64,000 nucleotides of DNA. It comes from Gemmatimonadales bacterium (lineage in GTDB: Bacteria > Gemmatimonadota > Gemmatimonadetes > Gemmatimonadales > GWC2-71-9). How positions within the stretch are numbered: position 1 is the first letter of the stretch; every line of letters starts with the position of its first letter. This document shows, one piece after another, positions 27,305 through 35,677 of the stretch. The stretch lies in assembly GCA_041577295.1 (NCBI GenBank), contig JBFGJG010000002.1, positions 103,039 through 167,038 of the forward strand, written 5' to 3'. The notes under the pieces were generated by a model. It did no database searches. It was given only the letters and a program-made list of their open reading frames with translations, and had not been told where the DNA came from. A program made the position numbers and the translations under genes.

Positions 27305-27426
27305 GAGCGGTCTCCTTGCTCTGTAAAGACGCCGGGCCGACCCAGCAGAGTGGGGCGACCCGGCGGTCGGTCCATAGGTGTCCAGCAACGCACGGCTGAA
27401 GCTATTGGTCGCCTGTCATGGTGTCA

Positions 27427-27442
27427 AGCATATTCTGCGCCA
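27427..27442 (-). promoter_or_regulatory. Sigma-54 (-24/-12)-like promoter upstream of glnA-1
   Basis: The minus strand reads TGGCGCagaatATGCT. The GG and GC dinucleotides have exactly the spacing of the TGGCAC-N5-TTGCW consensus. It lies about 120 nt upstream of the ATG and is flanked upstream by an AT-rich tract with TGCGATT direct repeats (27477-27493). Confidence 0.3.
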
Positions 27443-27545
27443 GATGCGTATTATGAGATACACTAGGACATAATTGTGCGATTTGATGCGATTGTGTAGG
27501 ATAGTTTGTGGATATTATGCAGTATTTTGGAAACAGTTGACGTAC

Positions 27546-27567
27546 GACAGCCACGGGGGTGGCTGTC
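27546..27567 (-). terminator. Hairpin downstream of xthA (possible terminator)
   Basis: GACAGCCAC-gggg-GTGGCTGTC, a 9-bp perfect stem. No adjacent U-tract. Confidence 0.3.
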
Positions 27568-27757
27568 CACGGCTGCTCATCTCTGTCAGCTAATTGGGCT
27601 TGCGGGGTCGAGACGCGCGGCTTACGGTGGCCGGCGAGCTCCGCTCAGTCCGAGACGGAGCCCGCGTCGTCATGGGCCGGGGGGTCTTGGAAGTGCGCGG
27701 AGACGCACCCGAGGAGGACAGCTTTGGCCATGTCTCGAGGGAACCGGCGTCCGCTGA

Positions 27758-28528
27758 TTAGCGAAACTCCACGACCACCGGGGCATGATCCGAGGGCTTT
27801 TTTCCCTTGCGCTCATTGCGATCCACGAACGCCTGTGCGCACCGGTCGGCCAAGCGCTTGGTAGCGAGTACGTGGTCCAGGCGGAGGCCGTTCCCCTTGG
27901 GAAACGCCAGCATACGATAGTCCCACCATGAATAAGGTCCTGGCCCCTCGTGGTGGAGTCGCATAGTGTCGACGAGCCCCCACGCCAGAAGGTTTCGCAT
28001 GGCCTCCCTACCCTCTTCGTGGCACAACACGGTATCTCGCCACTCGTCGGGTCTGGCTACATCACGATCTTCCGGCGCGACGTTGAGGTCGCCGCAGACT
28101 AGTAGCGGTGTATCGGGGTCGTAGCGCCGATCGAGGTAGCTGATGAGGCGGCGAAACCACTCCAACTTGTAGATCCACTTGTCGGTGCCCACTGCTGTAC
28201 CGAGGGGGACGTAGGCTGAGACAATGCGCGTCGTATCCACGGTAGCCGCAATGCAGCGTGCCTCGTCGTCGTCCAGCCCATCGTCAAAGCCGCATTCGAT
28301 ATCTCCCGGCTCAGTCGTCCGACTCAGAATCGCCACGCCGTTGTACGTCTTCTGCCCGTAGATCGCGGCACGGTAGCCGGCCGACTCGATCCGATCGATC
28401 GGAAACTGATCATCGGCGACTTTCGTCTCCTGCAAGCACACCACGTCCGGCGTGGTGCGCTCCAACCAGGACACGAGCCTGTCGAGGCGGGCCCGGATCG
28501 AATTGATGTTCCACGTGGCCACTCTCAT
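27758..28528 (-). CDS. xthA: Exodeoxyribonuclease III / AP endonuclease
   Basis: MRVATWNINSIRARL..., VVCLQETK, and C-terminal SDHAPVVVEF. Start set at the ATG giving MRVATWN. Confidence 0.9.
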   Translation of the reverse strand: MRVATWNINSIRARLDRLVSWLERTTPDVVCLQETKVADDQFPIDRIESAGYRAAIYGQKTYNGVAILSRTTEPGDIECGFDDGLDDDEARCIAATVDTTRIVSAYVPLGTAVGTDKWIYKLEWFRRLISYLDRRYDPDTPLLVCGDLNVAPEDRDVARPDEWRDTVLCHEEGREAMRNLLAWGLVDTMRLHHEGPGPYSWWDYRMLAFPKGNGLRLDHVLATKRLADRCAQAFVDRNERKGKKPSDHAPVVVEFR

Positions 28529-28573
28529 CGTGAGACCGCATTCCAGCGAGGCAACGCCCTCATCTGCTCGCAC

Positions 28574-28704
28574 TCACCGCAGCCGCAACACCGACCTCTG
28601 TGTTATCTGCTAACAGCTTGTTGTACAATTGGTTAGTATCGACCATGTGAAACGTTGTTTTACCTAATAAATAAATTAGCGAAAGCGAAAACCGCCCCCG
28701 TTGA
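28574..28704. promoter_or_regulatory. AT-rich divergent promoter region between xthA and the SDR gene
   Basis: Visibly AT-rich in a GC-rich genome. Contains the palindrome TTGTACAA and the stretch CTAATAAATAAATTAG. Confidence 0.3.
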
Positions 28705-29613
28705 TTGCCGGGAGATGCGCCCTCGATCCATGGCAAAGCCGCCGGCGGCTCGTCAGGACGCCGGCCACCGCATAAGATACGCGTCACCCATGTCGTTTCG
28801 GAGGGATCCATCGAGTCACAGCAGCCGTTGACCGGAAGGCGAGCCATCGTGTGTGGGAGCACCCGTGGAATCGGTCGCGCTTGTGCGTTCGAGCTGGCCA
28901 GGCTGGGTGCACACGTCACGCTGCTTGCGCGGGATGCCCAGGCACTACTGCGAACCCGGGACGATCTGTCCAAGGCTTCGTGGCCCACACCCGAGCACGA
29001 TTGCCTCGTTGCCGACTTCACGGATCCGCATCAGGTGAGTCGCCTAGTGCGGGAGTACCTCGAACGATCGGGTACCGCGGCGCACATTTTGGTCAACAAC
29101 ACCGGTGGCCCGCCCTCCGGCACCATCCTCGACGCCCATCACGACCAATTCGTTGCAGCGTTTGCCAGCCACCTGCTGTGCAACCATCTGCTGGCGCAGG
29201 CGGTGATCCCTGGCATGAAACGGGCTGGGTACGGGCGCATCATCAACATCGTGTCGACGTCAGTGAAGCAGCCCATTGCCGGCCTCGGGGTCTCGAACAC
29301 GGTTCGCGGCGCCGTTGCGAGCTGGGCCAAGACGCTTGCGAGCGAGGTGGCGCGAAGCGGCATAACGGTGAACAACGTGTTGCCCGGTGCCACACGAACA
29401 GACCGGCTGCTCTCGATCATCGAGCACCGCGCCAAGTCCCTTGGCGTGACTGCGCAGGAGGTCGAGCACACCATGAAAAGCGAGATCCCCGCGCGGCGCT
29501 TTGCCGAGCCGGAGGAGATTGCTGCGGCGGTTGGCTTCCTCGCTTCGCCAGCAGCCTCGTACATTACTGGCGTGAGTCTGGCGGTCGACGGCGGACGCAC
29601 CAACTGTCTCTAG
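28705..29613 (+). CDS. Short-chain dehydrogenase/reductase with an atypical active-site region (true start uncertain, probably 60-100 nt downstream)
   Basis: Rossmann motif CGSTRGIGRA and NNTG. Where classical SDRs carry YxxxK, the sequence reads GVSNTVRGAVASWAK. First gene of the + strand SDR/ALDH/RidA group. Confidence 0.8.
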   Translation: MPGDAPSIHGKAAGGSSGRRPPHKIRVTHVVSEGSIESQQPLTGRRAIVCGSTRGIGRACAFELARLGAHVTLLARDAQALLRTRDDLSKASWPTPEHDCLVADFTDPHQVSRLVREYLERSGTAAHILVNNTGGPPSGTILDAHHDQFVAAFASHLLCNHLLAQAVIPGMKRAGYGRIINIVSTSVKQPIAGLGVSNTVRGAVASWAKTLASEVARSGITVNNVLPGATRTDRLLSIIEHRAKSLGVTAQEVEHTMKSEIPARRFAEPEEIAAAVGFLASPAASYITGVSLAVDGGRTNCL

Positions 29614-29689
29614 GATTGTCGTCGTCGCTGCCACCACGCGTAGCCGCACCGGTCACCGATGGTCCGATGGAGATCAGGAGATAGCCGTC

Positions 29690-31159
29690 ATGCTGGACAT
29701 CCAGAACTACATCGGTGGCGAGTTAATCCCGCCTCAATCAAAGGCGTATCTCGACAACGTGGAGCCGGCGACGGGGCAGATCTACTCCCGTATCCCCGCG
29801 AGCGATGCCAGAGATGTCGAGCGTGCCGTGCAGGCAGCGGAAGACGCGTTTGCCGGCTGGTCGCGCGCGCCGGTGGAGGAGCGATCACGCATCCTGTTGC
29901 GCCTCGCGGACCAAATCGAGTGCCGGCTCGACGAGTTCGCCCACGCCGAGTCGGTCGACACGGGGAAACCGCTGTCCCTCGCTCGGTCAGTCGACATCCC
30001 CAGAGCGGTGAAGAACTTTCGGTTCTTCGCGACCGCCATCATGCACTTTCGGTCCGAGGCGCACGCCACCGACTACGCCGCGCTCAACTATACACTGCGA
30101 CGTCCGCGCGGCGTCGCGGGGCTCATCTCGCCGTGGAACCTCCCTCTCTACCTCCTGTCGTGGAAGGTCGCGCCGGCAATCGCCGTCGGAAATACGGCCG
30201 TGGCAAAACCGTCGGAACTCACCCCGATGACGGCTTTTAAGTTGAGCGAGTTGGCCATCGACGCAGGCTTACCACCCGGTGTCCTGAACATTGTTCATGG
30301 CACGGGACCCGATGTCGGGGAACCCATCGTACTCCACGAGCACGTGGCGACGATCTCGTTCACTGGAGGGACCGCCACTGGCTCGCGCATTGCATCGAAG
30401 GCGGCGCCAATGTTCAAGAAGCTGGCACTGGAGCTCGGTGGGAAGAACCCCAACATCGTGTTTGCCGACGCTGACCTGGATGAAGCGTTGGAGGGAAGCC
30501 TCCGGGCCGCGTTCGCGAATCAGGGTCAGGTCTGTCTCTGTGGATCTCGCGTGTTTGTGGAGCGCCCGGTCTTCGAGACATTCCTCGAGCGATTTGTCGC
30601 CGGAGCACGTGCGTTGAAGATCGGCGATCCGCTCGATGAACACACGCAGCAGGGCGCGGTCGTGTCACGCGCGCACTTCGAAAAAGTGATGCACTACGTC
30701 GAACTCGCGCGCGAAGAAGGTGGTGAGATCCAGTGTGGCGGCGGCGCGCCGACAGATCTCCCCGAGCGATGCAAAGACGGTTTCTTCGTTGAGCCAACCG
30801 TGGTGACGAACCTTGGCGTCAACTGCCGTACCAACCAGGAGGAAGTATTTGGCCCATTCGTCACCGTGATGCCGTTCGAGTCCGAGACACAAGTAGTGGA
30901 ATACGCCAACGCGACTCCCTACGGTCTCTCGGCATCTCTCTGGACGCAAAACCTTTCACGGGCTCATCGCGTGGCTGAAGGTCTACAAAGCGGCACGGTC
31001 TGGGTGAACTGCTGGCTCCTGCGGGATCTGCGTGTGCCCTTCGGTGGCATGAAGCAGAGTGGGGTGGGCCGCGAGGGAGGCGAGGAGGCGCTCCGGTTCT
31101 TCACCGAGCCAAAAAACGTCTGTGTGCAGGTCCCAGGGTTGGGTGGGCCGTCGCGGTGA
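29690..31159 (+). CDS. Aldehyde dehydrogenase, likely 2-aminomuconate-6-semialdehyde dehydrogenase
   Basis: ALDH motifs ELGGKNP and catalytic-Cys region GQVCLCGSR, plus FTGGTATG. Function inferred from coupling to RidA and the adjacent kynurenine/ACMSD genes. Confidence 0.75.
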   Translation: MLDIQNYIGGELIPPQSKAYLDNVEPATGQIYSRIPASDARDVERAVQAAEDAFAGWSRAPVEERSRILLRLADQIECRLDEFAHAESVDTGKPLSLARSVDIPRAVKNFRFFATAIMHFRSEAHATDYAALNYTLRRPRGVAGLISPWNLPLYLLSWKVAPAIAVGNTAVAKPSELTPMTAFKLSELAIDAGLPPGVLNIVHGTGPDVGEPIVLHEHVATISFTGGTATGSRIASKAAPMFKKLALELGGKNPNIVFADADLDEALEGSLRAAFANQGQVCLCGSRVFVERPVFETFLERFVAGARALKIGDPLDEHTQQGAVVSRAHFEKVMHYVELAREEGGEIQCGGGAPTDLPERCKDGFFVEPTVVTNLGVNCRTNQEEVFGPFVTVMPFESETQVVEYANATPYGLSASLWTQNLSRAHRVAEGLQSGTVWVNCWLLRDLRVPFGGMKQSGVGREGGEEALRFFTEPKNVCVQVPGLGGPSR

Positions 31160-31578
31160 ACCGGCCACCGGCTGACACGACGAGTACACGCGCTCCGGAA
31201 CCCGTGGGAGCGTTTCCCCATGCTCGGCGGGTCGGCAACTTCCTTTTCCTGTCGGGGATGGGCCCACGAAAGCGTGGTCACACGGATATTCCGGGTGTGA
31301 CGTTGAGCGCCGCGGGAGAGGTGGTGTCCTACGACATCGAAATACAATGCCACGCGGTATTCGAGAACATCCGAATGGTGCTCGAGGATGCCGGTTCAAG
31401 CTGGGAGCGGATTGTTGACGTGACGGTGTTCCTCACCGACATGCAAAGAGACTTTGCGACGTTCAATCGGCTCTACGCTGAGTACTTTGTCACCAACCGT
31501 CCCACACGCACCACGGTGGAAGTAGGCCGGCTTCCCACACCGATCGCCATCGAGCTGAAAGTGATTGCGACGGTCTGA
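31156..31578 (+). CDS. RidA/YjgF-family deaminase, likely 2-aminomuconate deaminase
   Basis: 140-aa YjgF fold (FLFLSGMG...VTVFLTDM...RPTRTTVEVGRLP). GTG start overlaps the ALDH stop (GTGA). Confidence 0.7.
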   Translation: MNRPPADTTSTRAPEPVGAFPHARRVGNFLFLSGMGPRKRGHTDIPGVTLSAAGEVVSYDIEIQCHAVFENIRMVLEDAGSSWERIVDVTVFLTDMQRDFATFNRLYAEYFVTNRPTRTTVEVGRLPTPIAIELKVIATV

Positions 31579-31582
31579 GAAA

Positions 31583-32200
31583 TCAGAGCGTGCGCAGCAC
31601 CGCCCTCACGGGACTGGCATCGAATCCCACCAGTCGAAGCGGCAGCGCGATGAGCTCATAGAGACCCTCAGGAACGTTGTGCAGCACGAGACCCTCGAGA
31701 ATCGTGATGTCGTATTTCACGCACGCCTTGTGTGCTCGTAGATCCTTGGACGTGCTCGGATCCACGCTCGGCGTGTCGATCCCGACTAGGGTGACCTCTA
31801 GCCGGTTGAGATGCGCAATGGCGTCTGGCGTGAAAGCGGCGAAATCGTCGTTCCAGTCAGTTGGATCGGGAAAGGTGCCGGTGGCAATCAACACGCGAGG
31901 CGCTCGCACCCGTTCGCCAATCAACTCAGGTGTGATCAACTTCCCGCGCGGGACGCTCACCCGGATCACCTGGCACGGTCCCAGGTAACGCTGCAGATCG
32001 ACCTCGTCCACCGATGGTGCCGCTGCACTGATGTGGCTCGGCGCATCCGTGTGTGCTCCAATGTGGACGGTCGAGTGCACGCTCGAAAGCGTCAGGTGAT
32101 CACCTGCCGCCAACTCCAGCAGCACTTCTCGAGACAACGGGGTATCGCCTGGAAAGACGCTGCTATTCGCCGAAACGGGTGGAGAGATATCGTACAACAT
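31583..32200 (-). CDS. kynB: Kynurenine formamidase (cyclase family)
   Basis: Metal-binding motif HIGAHTDAPSH, N-terminal DISPP...FPGD, 205 aa. Last gene of the minus-strand operon. Confidence 0.8.
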   Translation of the reverse strand: MLYDISPPVSANSSVFPGDTPLSREVLLELAAGDHLTLSSVHSTVHIGAHTDAPSHISAAAPSVDEVDLQRYLGPCQVIRVSVPRGKLITPELIGERVRAPRVLIATGTFPDPTDWNDDFAAFTPDAIAHLNRLEVTLVGIDTPSVDPSTSKDLRAHKACVKYDITILEGLVLHNVPEGLYELIALPLRLVGFDASPVRAVLRTL

Positions 32201-32203
32201 GGG

Positions 32204-33025
32204 CTAGAGCTTTTCTCGAACCGCCCACAGATCGTGAAATACCGGACGAAAGAGCGATTGCTTGAGGAAATCGACTCCCACCGATCCACCAGTCCCCCGC
32301 TTGTGGCCGATGGCGCGCTCGGCAAGCTTCACGTGCCGGTAGCGCCACTCTTGCATACCCTCATCTAGATCCGTCATGAGCTCGAACAGAATCGCCACGT
32401 CTGGCCGCTCCCGATAGAGCCGCAGGACCCCGTCCTGGACCTGCACATTGGGCTCTGCTGAGAGCGTGGGGTCCTTTTGCTTGAGCTGCTCAGGAATCAC
32501 CACACCCTGATGTTCCAGAAAGTCGTAGAAGTGATCAACGATCGAGCGGTCTCGCAACCGCTTTTCGAGCTTCTTGCGTTCCGATGTACCTGGAGCAAAC
32601 GTCTCGATCATCTTGCTACGCTTGAACCCCATTACAAACTCCAACTCCCTGAACTGACATGACTGGAATCCGGACGCGGTCTCTAGCCGGTCGCGAAACG
32701 CGGTGAACGACATGGGTGTCATCGTCTCGAGAATATCGAGCTGACCTACCAGGGTTTTCATGACCGTGCGGATGCGTTTGAAGGTCGCGATCGCACCGAA
32801 GAGATCGTTACTACTGAGGTCCCGTTTCACCTTGTCGATCTCGTGCAGGACCAGTTTGAACCAGAGCTCATACACTTGATGAATCACAATGAACAACAAC
32901 TCATCGTGTTCGGGGGGATCCGAACGAACGTCCTGTAGATCGAGCAGCTTGTGCAGCTTGAGGTATTCCGTGTACGTCAGATCCATCCTATTGATCTCCG
33001 AGTTTCGCGTCGCCTCAACACCCAT
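32204..33025 (-). CDS. kynA: Tryptophan 2,3-dioxygenase
   Basis: LTYTEYLKLHKLLDLQ, DELLFIVIHQVYELWFK, SGFQSCQFRELEF, GHKRGTGGS. Confidence 0.9.
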   Translation of the reverse strand: MGVEATRNSEINRMDLTYTEYLKLHKLLDLQDVRSDPPEHDELLFIVIHQVYELWFKLVLHEIDKVKRDLSSNDLFGAIATFKRIRTVMKTLVGQLDILETMTPMSFTAFRDRLETASGFQSCQFRELEFVMGFKRSKMIETFAPGTSERKKLEKRLRDRSIVDHFYDFLEHQGVVIPEQLKQKDPTLSAEPNVQVQDGVLRLYRERPDVAILFELMTDLDEGMQEWRYRHVKLAERAIGHKRGTGGSVGVDFLKQSLFRPVFHDLWAVREKL

Positions 33026-33026
33026 T

Positions 33027-34358
33027 TCAGCCGACCAACCACCACATCCCCACTCCGGCGAGCGCCAAAAGGACGATCGTGATCCCTACGACGGTGCGCC
33101 ACTGAAGCCGGTTGCGCCGAACGGCATCGGCATAAGGTGTCAGCGTGAACGTTACCATCGAATACAGCGGTACGAACCATCGCGGGAACGCCCGATGCAA
33201 CACTTTCTCCAGCTTCTTCTTGGCGAGAAACGTACGGGAGGCCACTCTGTCTCGCATCTCGAGGAAGTTTTCCACGGCCAGATCCGCCAGGGCGTCTGCA
33301 TGCAACTTTCTGAGATCCTGATAGGCAGCGAACGCCTGCCCCCAGTCCGGGGCGTGCACCCTCAAGCAACGATCGAGGATCACGCAATCCTCGAAGGCGG
33401 CATTGGCACCCTGCCCGTAGAACGGAACGACCGCGTGGCAAGCATCTCCAACGAGCACGAGCCGATCCCGATAATGCCACGGAGCGCAACGGATGGTCAC
33501 GAGAGAGCTCGTGGGATTGCCAAAGTAATCCTCAACGAGCGTTGGCATGAGGGGGACGGCGTCGGCGAACACCTTTTCGAAGAATCGTTCCACGCGTTGT
33601 GCTGAATCGAGTGCGGCAAAGCTGTTCGGACCCTCGAACGGCCAGAACAACGTGCAGGTGAAGGAACCATCGTGGTTGGGGAGCGCGATCATCATGAAGC
33701 CCCCACGAGGCCAGATATGCAGCGCGTTGGGCTCGAGCGCGAACACTCCTTTTTCGAGCGGAGGGATCTCGAGCTCTTTATAGCCGTGCTCGAGGTACGC
33801 CTGTTCGTAATTGAACCGGTCGAGCCGTAACATCTGACGACGGGTCATCGAATACGCTCCGTCGGCACCGACAATCACGCCACCGTCCGTCGTAAACCCC
33901 TGGCCGGTTTCTGTATTCTCGAGAGTGATCGTTCCCGAATCGAGGTCGAGGTCGACACACTTCGTAGAAAAGCACATCTCCACATTTGGGTGCGATGCTG
34001 CCGCTTCGATGAGGAGGAGATTGAGGCCGTTGCGAGACACGGAGTGGATCACCTCCGCTTCGTCCACGCCGTACGGCTGGAAGGTGAGCTGCCCGTGCTC
34101 GTCGTGCATCATGCGACCACGCATCGCGACGGCCATTTCCAACACGCGGTCGGCCAGATCGACCTGCGAAAGTGCGTGAAGACCGCGAGTCGAGATGGCG
34201 AGGTTGATCGATCGCCCTCCTGCCAGTGGATCGATGCGAGGATCGGGACGTCTATCGAATACCGTAACCCGATGTCCCTGGCGTCCGAGGTAGACAGCCA
34301 TGAGTGCTCCGGCCAACCCGGCTCCCAGGACAGTGAAACGACCCGTCGGTGCGCTCAT
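33027..34358 (-). CDS. kmo: Kynurenine 3-monooxygenase (FAD-dependent) with a C-terminal hydrophobic anchor
   Basis: FAD fingerprint VLGAGLAGALMAVYLGRQGHRVTVFDRR. Second FAD motif LVGDACHAVVPFYGQGANAAFEDC. C-terminal RTVVGITIVLLALAGVGMWWLVG. Confidence 0.85.
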   Translation of the reverse strand: MSAPTGRFTVLGAGLAGALMAVYLGRQGHRVTVFDRRPDPRIDPLAGGRSINLAISTRGLHALSQVDLADRVLEMAVAMRGRMMHDEHGQLTFQPYGVDEAEVIHSVSRNGLNLLLIEAAASHPNVEMCFSTKCVDLDLDSGTITLENTETGQGFTTDGGVIVGADGAYSMTRRQMLRLDRFNYEQAYLEHGYKELEIPPLEKGVFALEPNALHIWPRGGFMMIALPNHDGSFTCTLFWPFEGPNSFAALDSAQRVERFFEKVFADAVPLMPTLVEDYFGNPTSSLVTIRCAPWHYRDRLVLVGDACHAVVPFYGQGANAAFEDCVILDRCLRVHAPDWGQAFAAYQDLRKLHADALADLAVENFLEMRDRVASRTFLAKKKLEKVLHRAFPRWFVPLYSMVTFTLTPYADAVRRNRLQWRTVVGITIVLLALAGVGMWWLVG

Positions 34359-35677
34359 CGAGATTTTCCATGCATGACACGGGTCACGATGTCATTCAGG
34401 ATCCCGCCGACCTGCCACACTTCGTGAAAGGTGTTGTACAGCGGAACCGGTGCAAGACGGATGACATCGGGGTCGCGAAAATCGCCAACAACGCCATGCG
34501 CACTCAACTCGTCGAACATTGCGCGGCCATGTTGCGGCACGCGAATCGACAGCTGACACCCTCGTGCGTTCTGATCGCGCGGCGTGATGATCTCGAGATG
34601 GCGCGTACCGTTGTGGTCAATGAGGTACTCGAGGTATCCGGTCAGGCGAACGGATTTGCGGCGAAGGGCCGGGATCCCGGCTTCGGTGAAGATGTCGAGC
34701 GACGGACGGAGCCCCGCCATCGAGAGGATGGGAGGGTTGCTGATCTGCCAGCCGTCAGCGCCGACCTGCGGGACGAAGTCGACGTTGGACTGCATGCGAA
34801 ACCGCGTCTCGGGATCGTTCCCCCACCAACCCGCAAACCTCGGCAGGGACGCGGTCCCGTAGCGCTCGTGAACGAAGGCGCCAGCCACCGAGCCGGGGCC
34901 GCCGTTGAGATACTTGTACGAGCACCAAACCGCGAAGTCCACATCCCACGCATGCAGGGCAAGCGGGACGTTGCCAACCGCATGGGCGAGGTCGTACCCA
35001 ACCACGCACCCCGCCCGACGGGCCGCCCGCGTGATGCGATCCAGGTCAAAGAACTGACCGGTGTAGTAGTTGACGCCGCCGAGCATCACGAGCGCGATCT
35101 CACGTCCTCGCTTTGTGAGCAGCGACTCGAGGTCTTCCGTGCGGAGACAGTCCTCACCGTCTCGGGGGTGCACCTCCAGCAGCCCCTCGTTTGCGTCGTA
35201 GCCGTGCCACTGGAGTTGTGACTGGACCGCGTAGCGATCGGACGGGAAGGGACTGGCTTCAATGAGGATTTTGTGCCGCTCCGCTGAGGGGCGGTAGAAA
35301 GACACCATCATGAGATGCAGATTGACCGTGAGCCCGTTCATTGCGACGACCTCGTGCGGCTCCGCGCCGACGAGCTGAGCGAGCGGCTCGCGCAGGACTT
35401 CGTGGTACGAGTACCAAGGTGTGCCGGCGTCGAAGTGTCCTTTGACCCCGAGCGTTTCCCAGTCCTGGATCTCACGGTTTACCACGTCCCGTACTGTCTT
35501 CGGCATCAACCCGAGCGAGTTGCCACACAAGTAAACCAATGGCTCACCACGGGCGTTTCTCGGCAGGGCAAATCGATCCCGGTAGCTGCGCAGTGGATCG
35601 GTCGCGTCGAGCTCGCGCGCGAACGCCTCCTCAGTTCGAAACGCGATGTCAGCCGACGACTTGCTCGCATACCTCAC
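34355..35677 (-). CDS. kynU: Kynureninase (PLP-dependent)
   Basis: FALPRN...VYLCGNSLGLMPK, PLP-Lys region DFAVWCSYKYLNGGPG, and C-terminal IRLAPVPLYNTFHEVW. Confidence 0.9.
   Translation of the reverse strand: MRYASKSSADIAFRTEEAFARELDATDPLRSYRDRFALPRNARGEPLVYLCGNSLGLMPKTVRDVVNREIQDWETLGVKGHFDAGTPWYSYHEVLREPLAQLVGAEPHEVVAMNGLTVNLHLMMVSFYRPSAERHKILIEASPFPSDRYAVQSQLQWHGYDANEGLLEVHPRDGEDCLRTEDLESLLTKRGREIALVMLGGVNYYTGQFFDLDRITRAARRAGCVVGYDLAHAVGNVPLALHAWDVDFAVWCSYKYLNGGPGSVAGAFVHERYGTASLPRFAGWWGNDPETRFRMQSNVDFVPQVGADGWQISNPPILSMAGLRPSLDIFTEAGIPALRRKSVRLTGYLEYLIDHNGTRHLEIITPRDQNARGCQLSIRVPQHGRAMFDELSAHGVVGDFRDPDVIRLAPVPLYNTFHEVWQVGGILNDIVTRVMHGKSR

Noticed and set aside
27305-27388. N-terminal extensions in tracked ORFs (glnA-1 to 27388, hsp20 to 3576, nosZ from 15253, xthA to 28573, HPF-like to 43148, deaminase to 60428, CxxCH protein from 37898)
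   Set aside because: In each case an internal start has a proper Shine-Dalgarno sequence and/or restores the canonical family N-terminus. The extension is unsupported or overlaps a neighbouring gene.
27645-27731. 28-aa minus-strand ORF (MAKAVLLGCVSAHFQDPPAHDDAGSVSD) just downstream of xthA, with very G/C-rich third positions
   Set aside because: No SD and no recognisable features, and it is too short for codon bias to be significant. Left unannotated.
34349-35221. 290-aa ORF antisense to kynureninase. Similar shadow ORFs lie at 40452-41345 (antisense to the P-type ATPase), 52553-53557 (antisense to the TonB receptor), 47896-48660, 55685-56488 and 63006-63596.
   Set aside because: All lack recognisable motifs, are Arg/Pro/Gly-biased, and overlap genes with strong family signatures on the other strand or frame.
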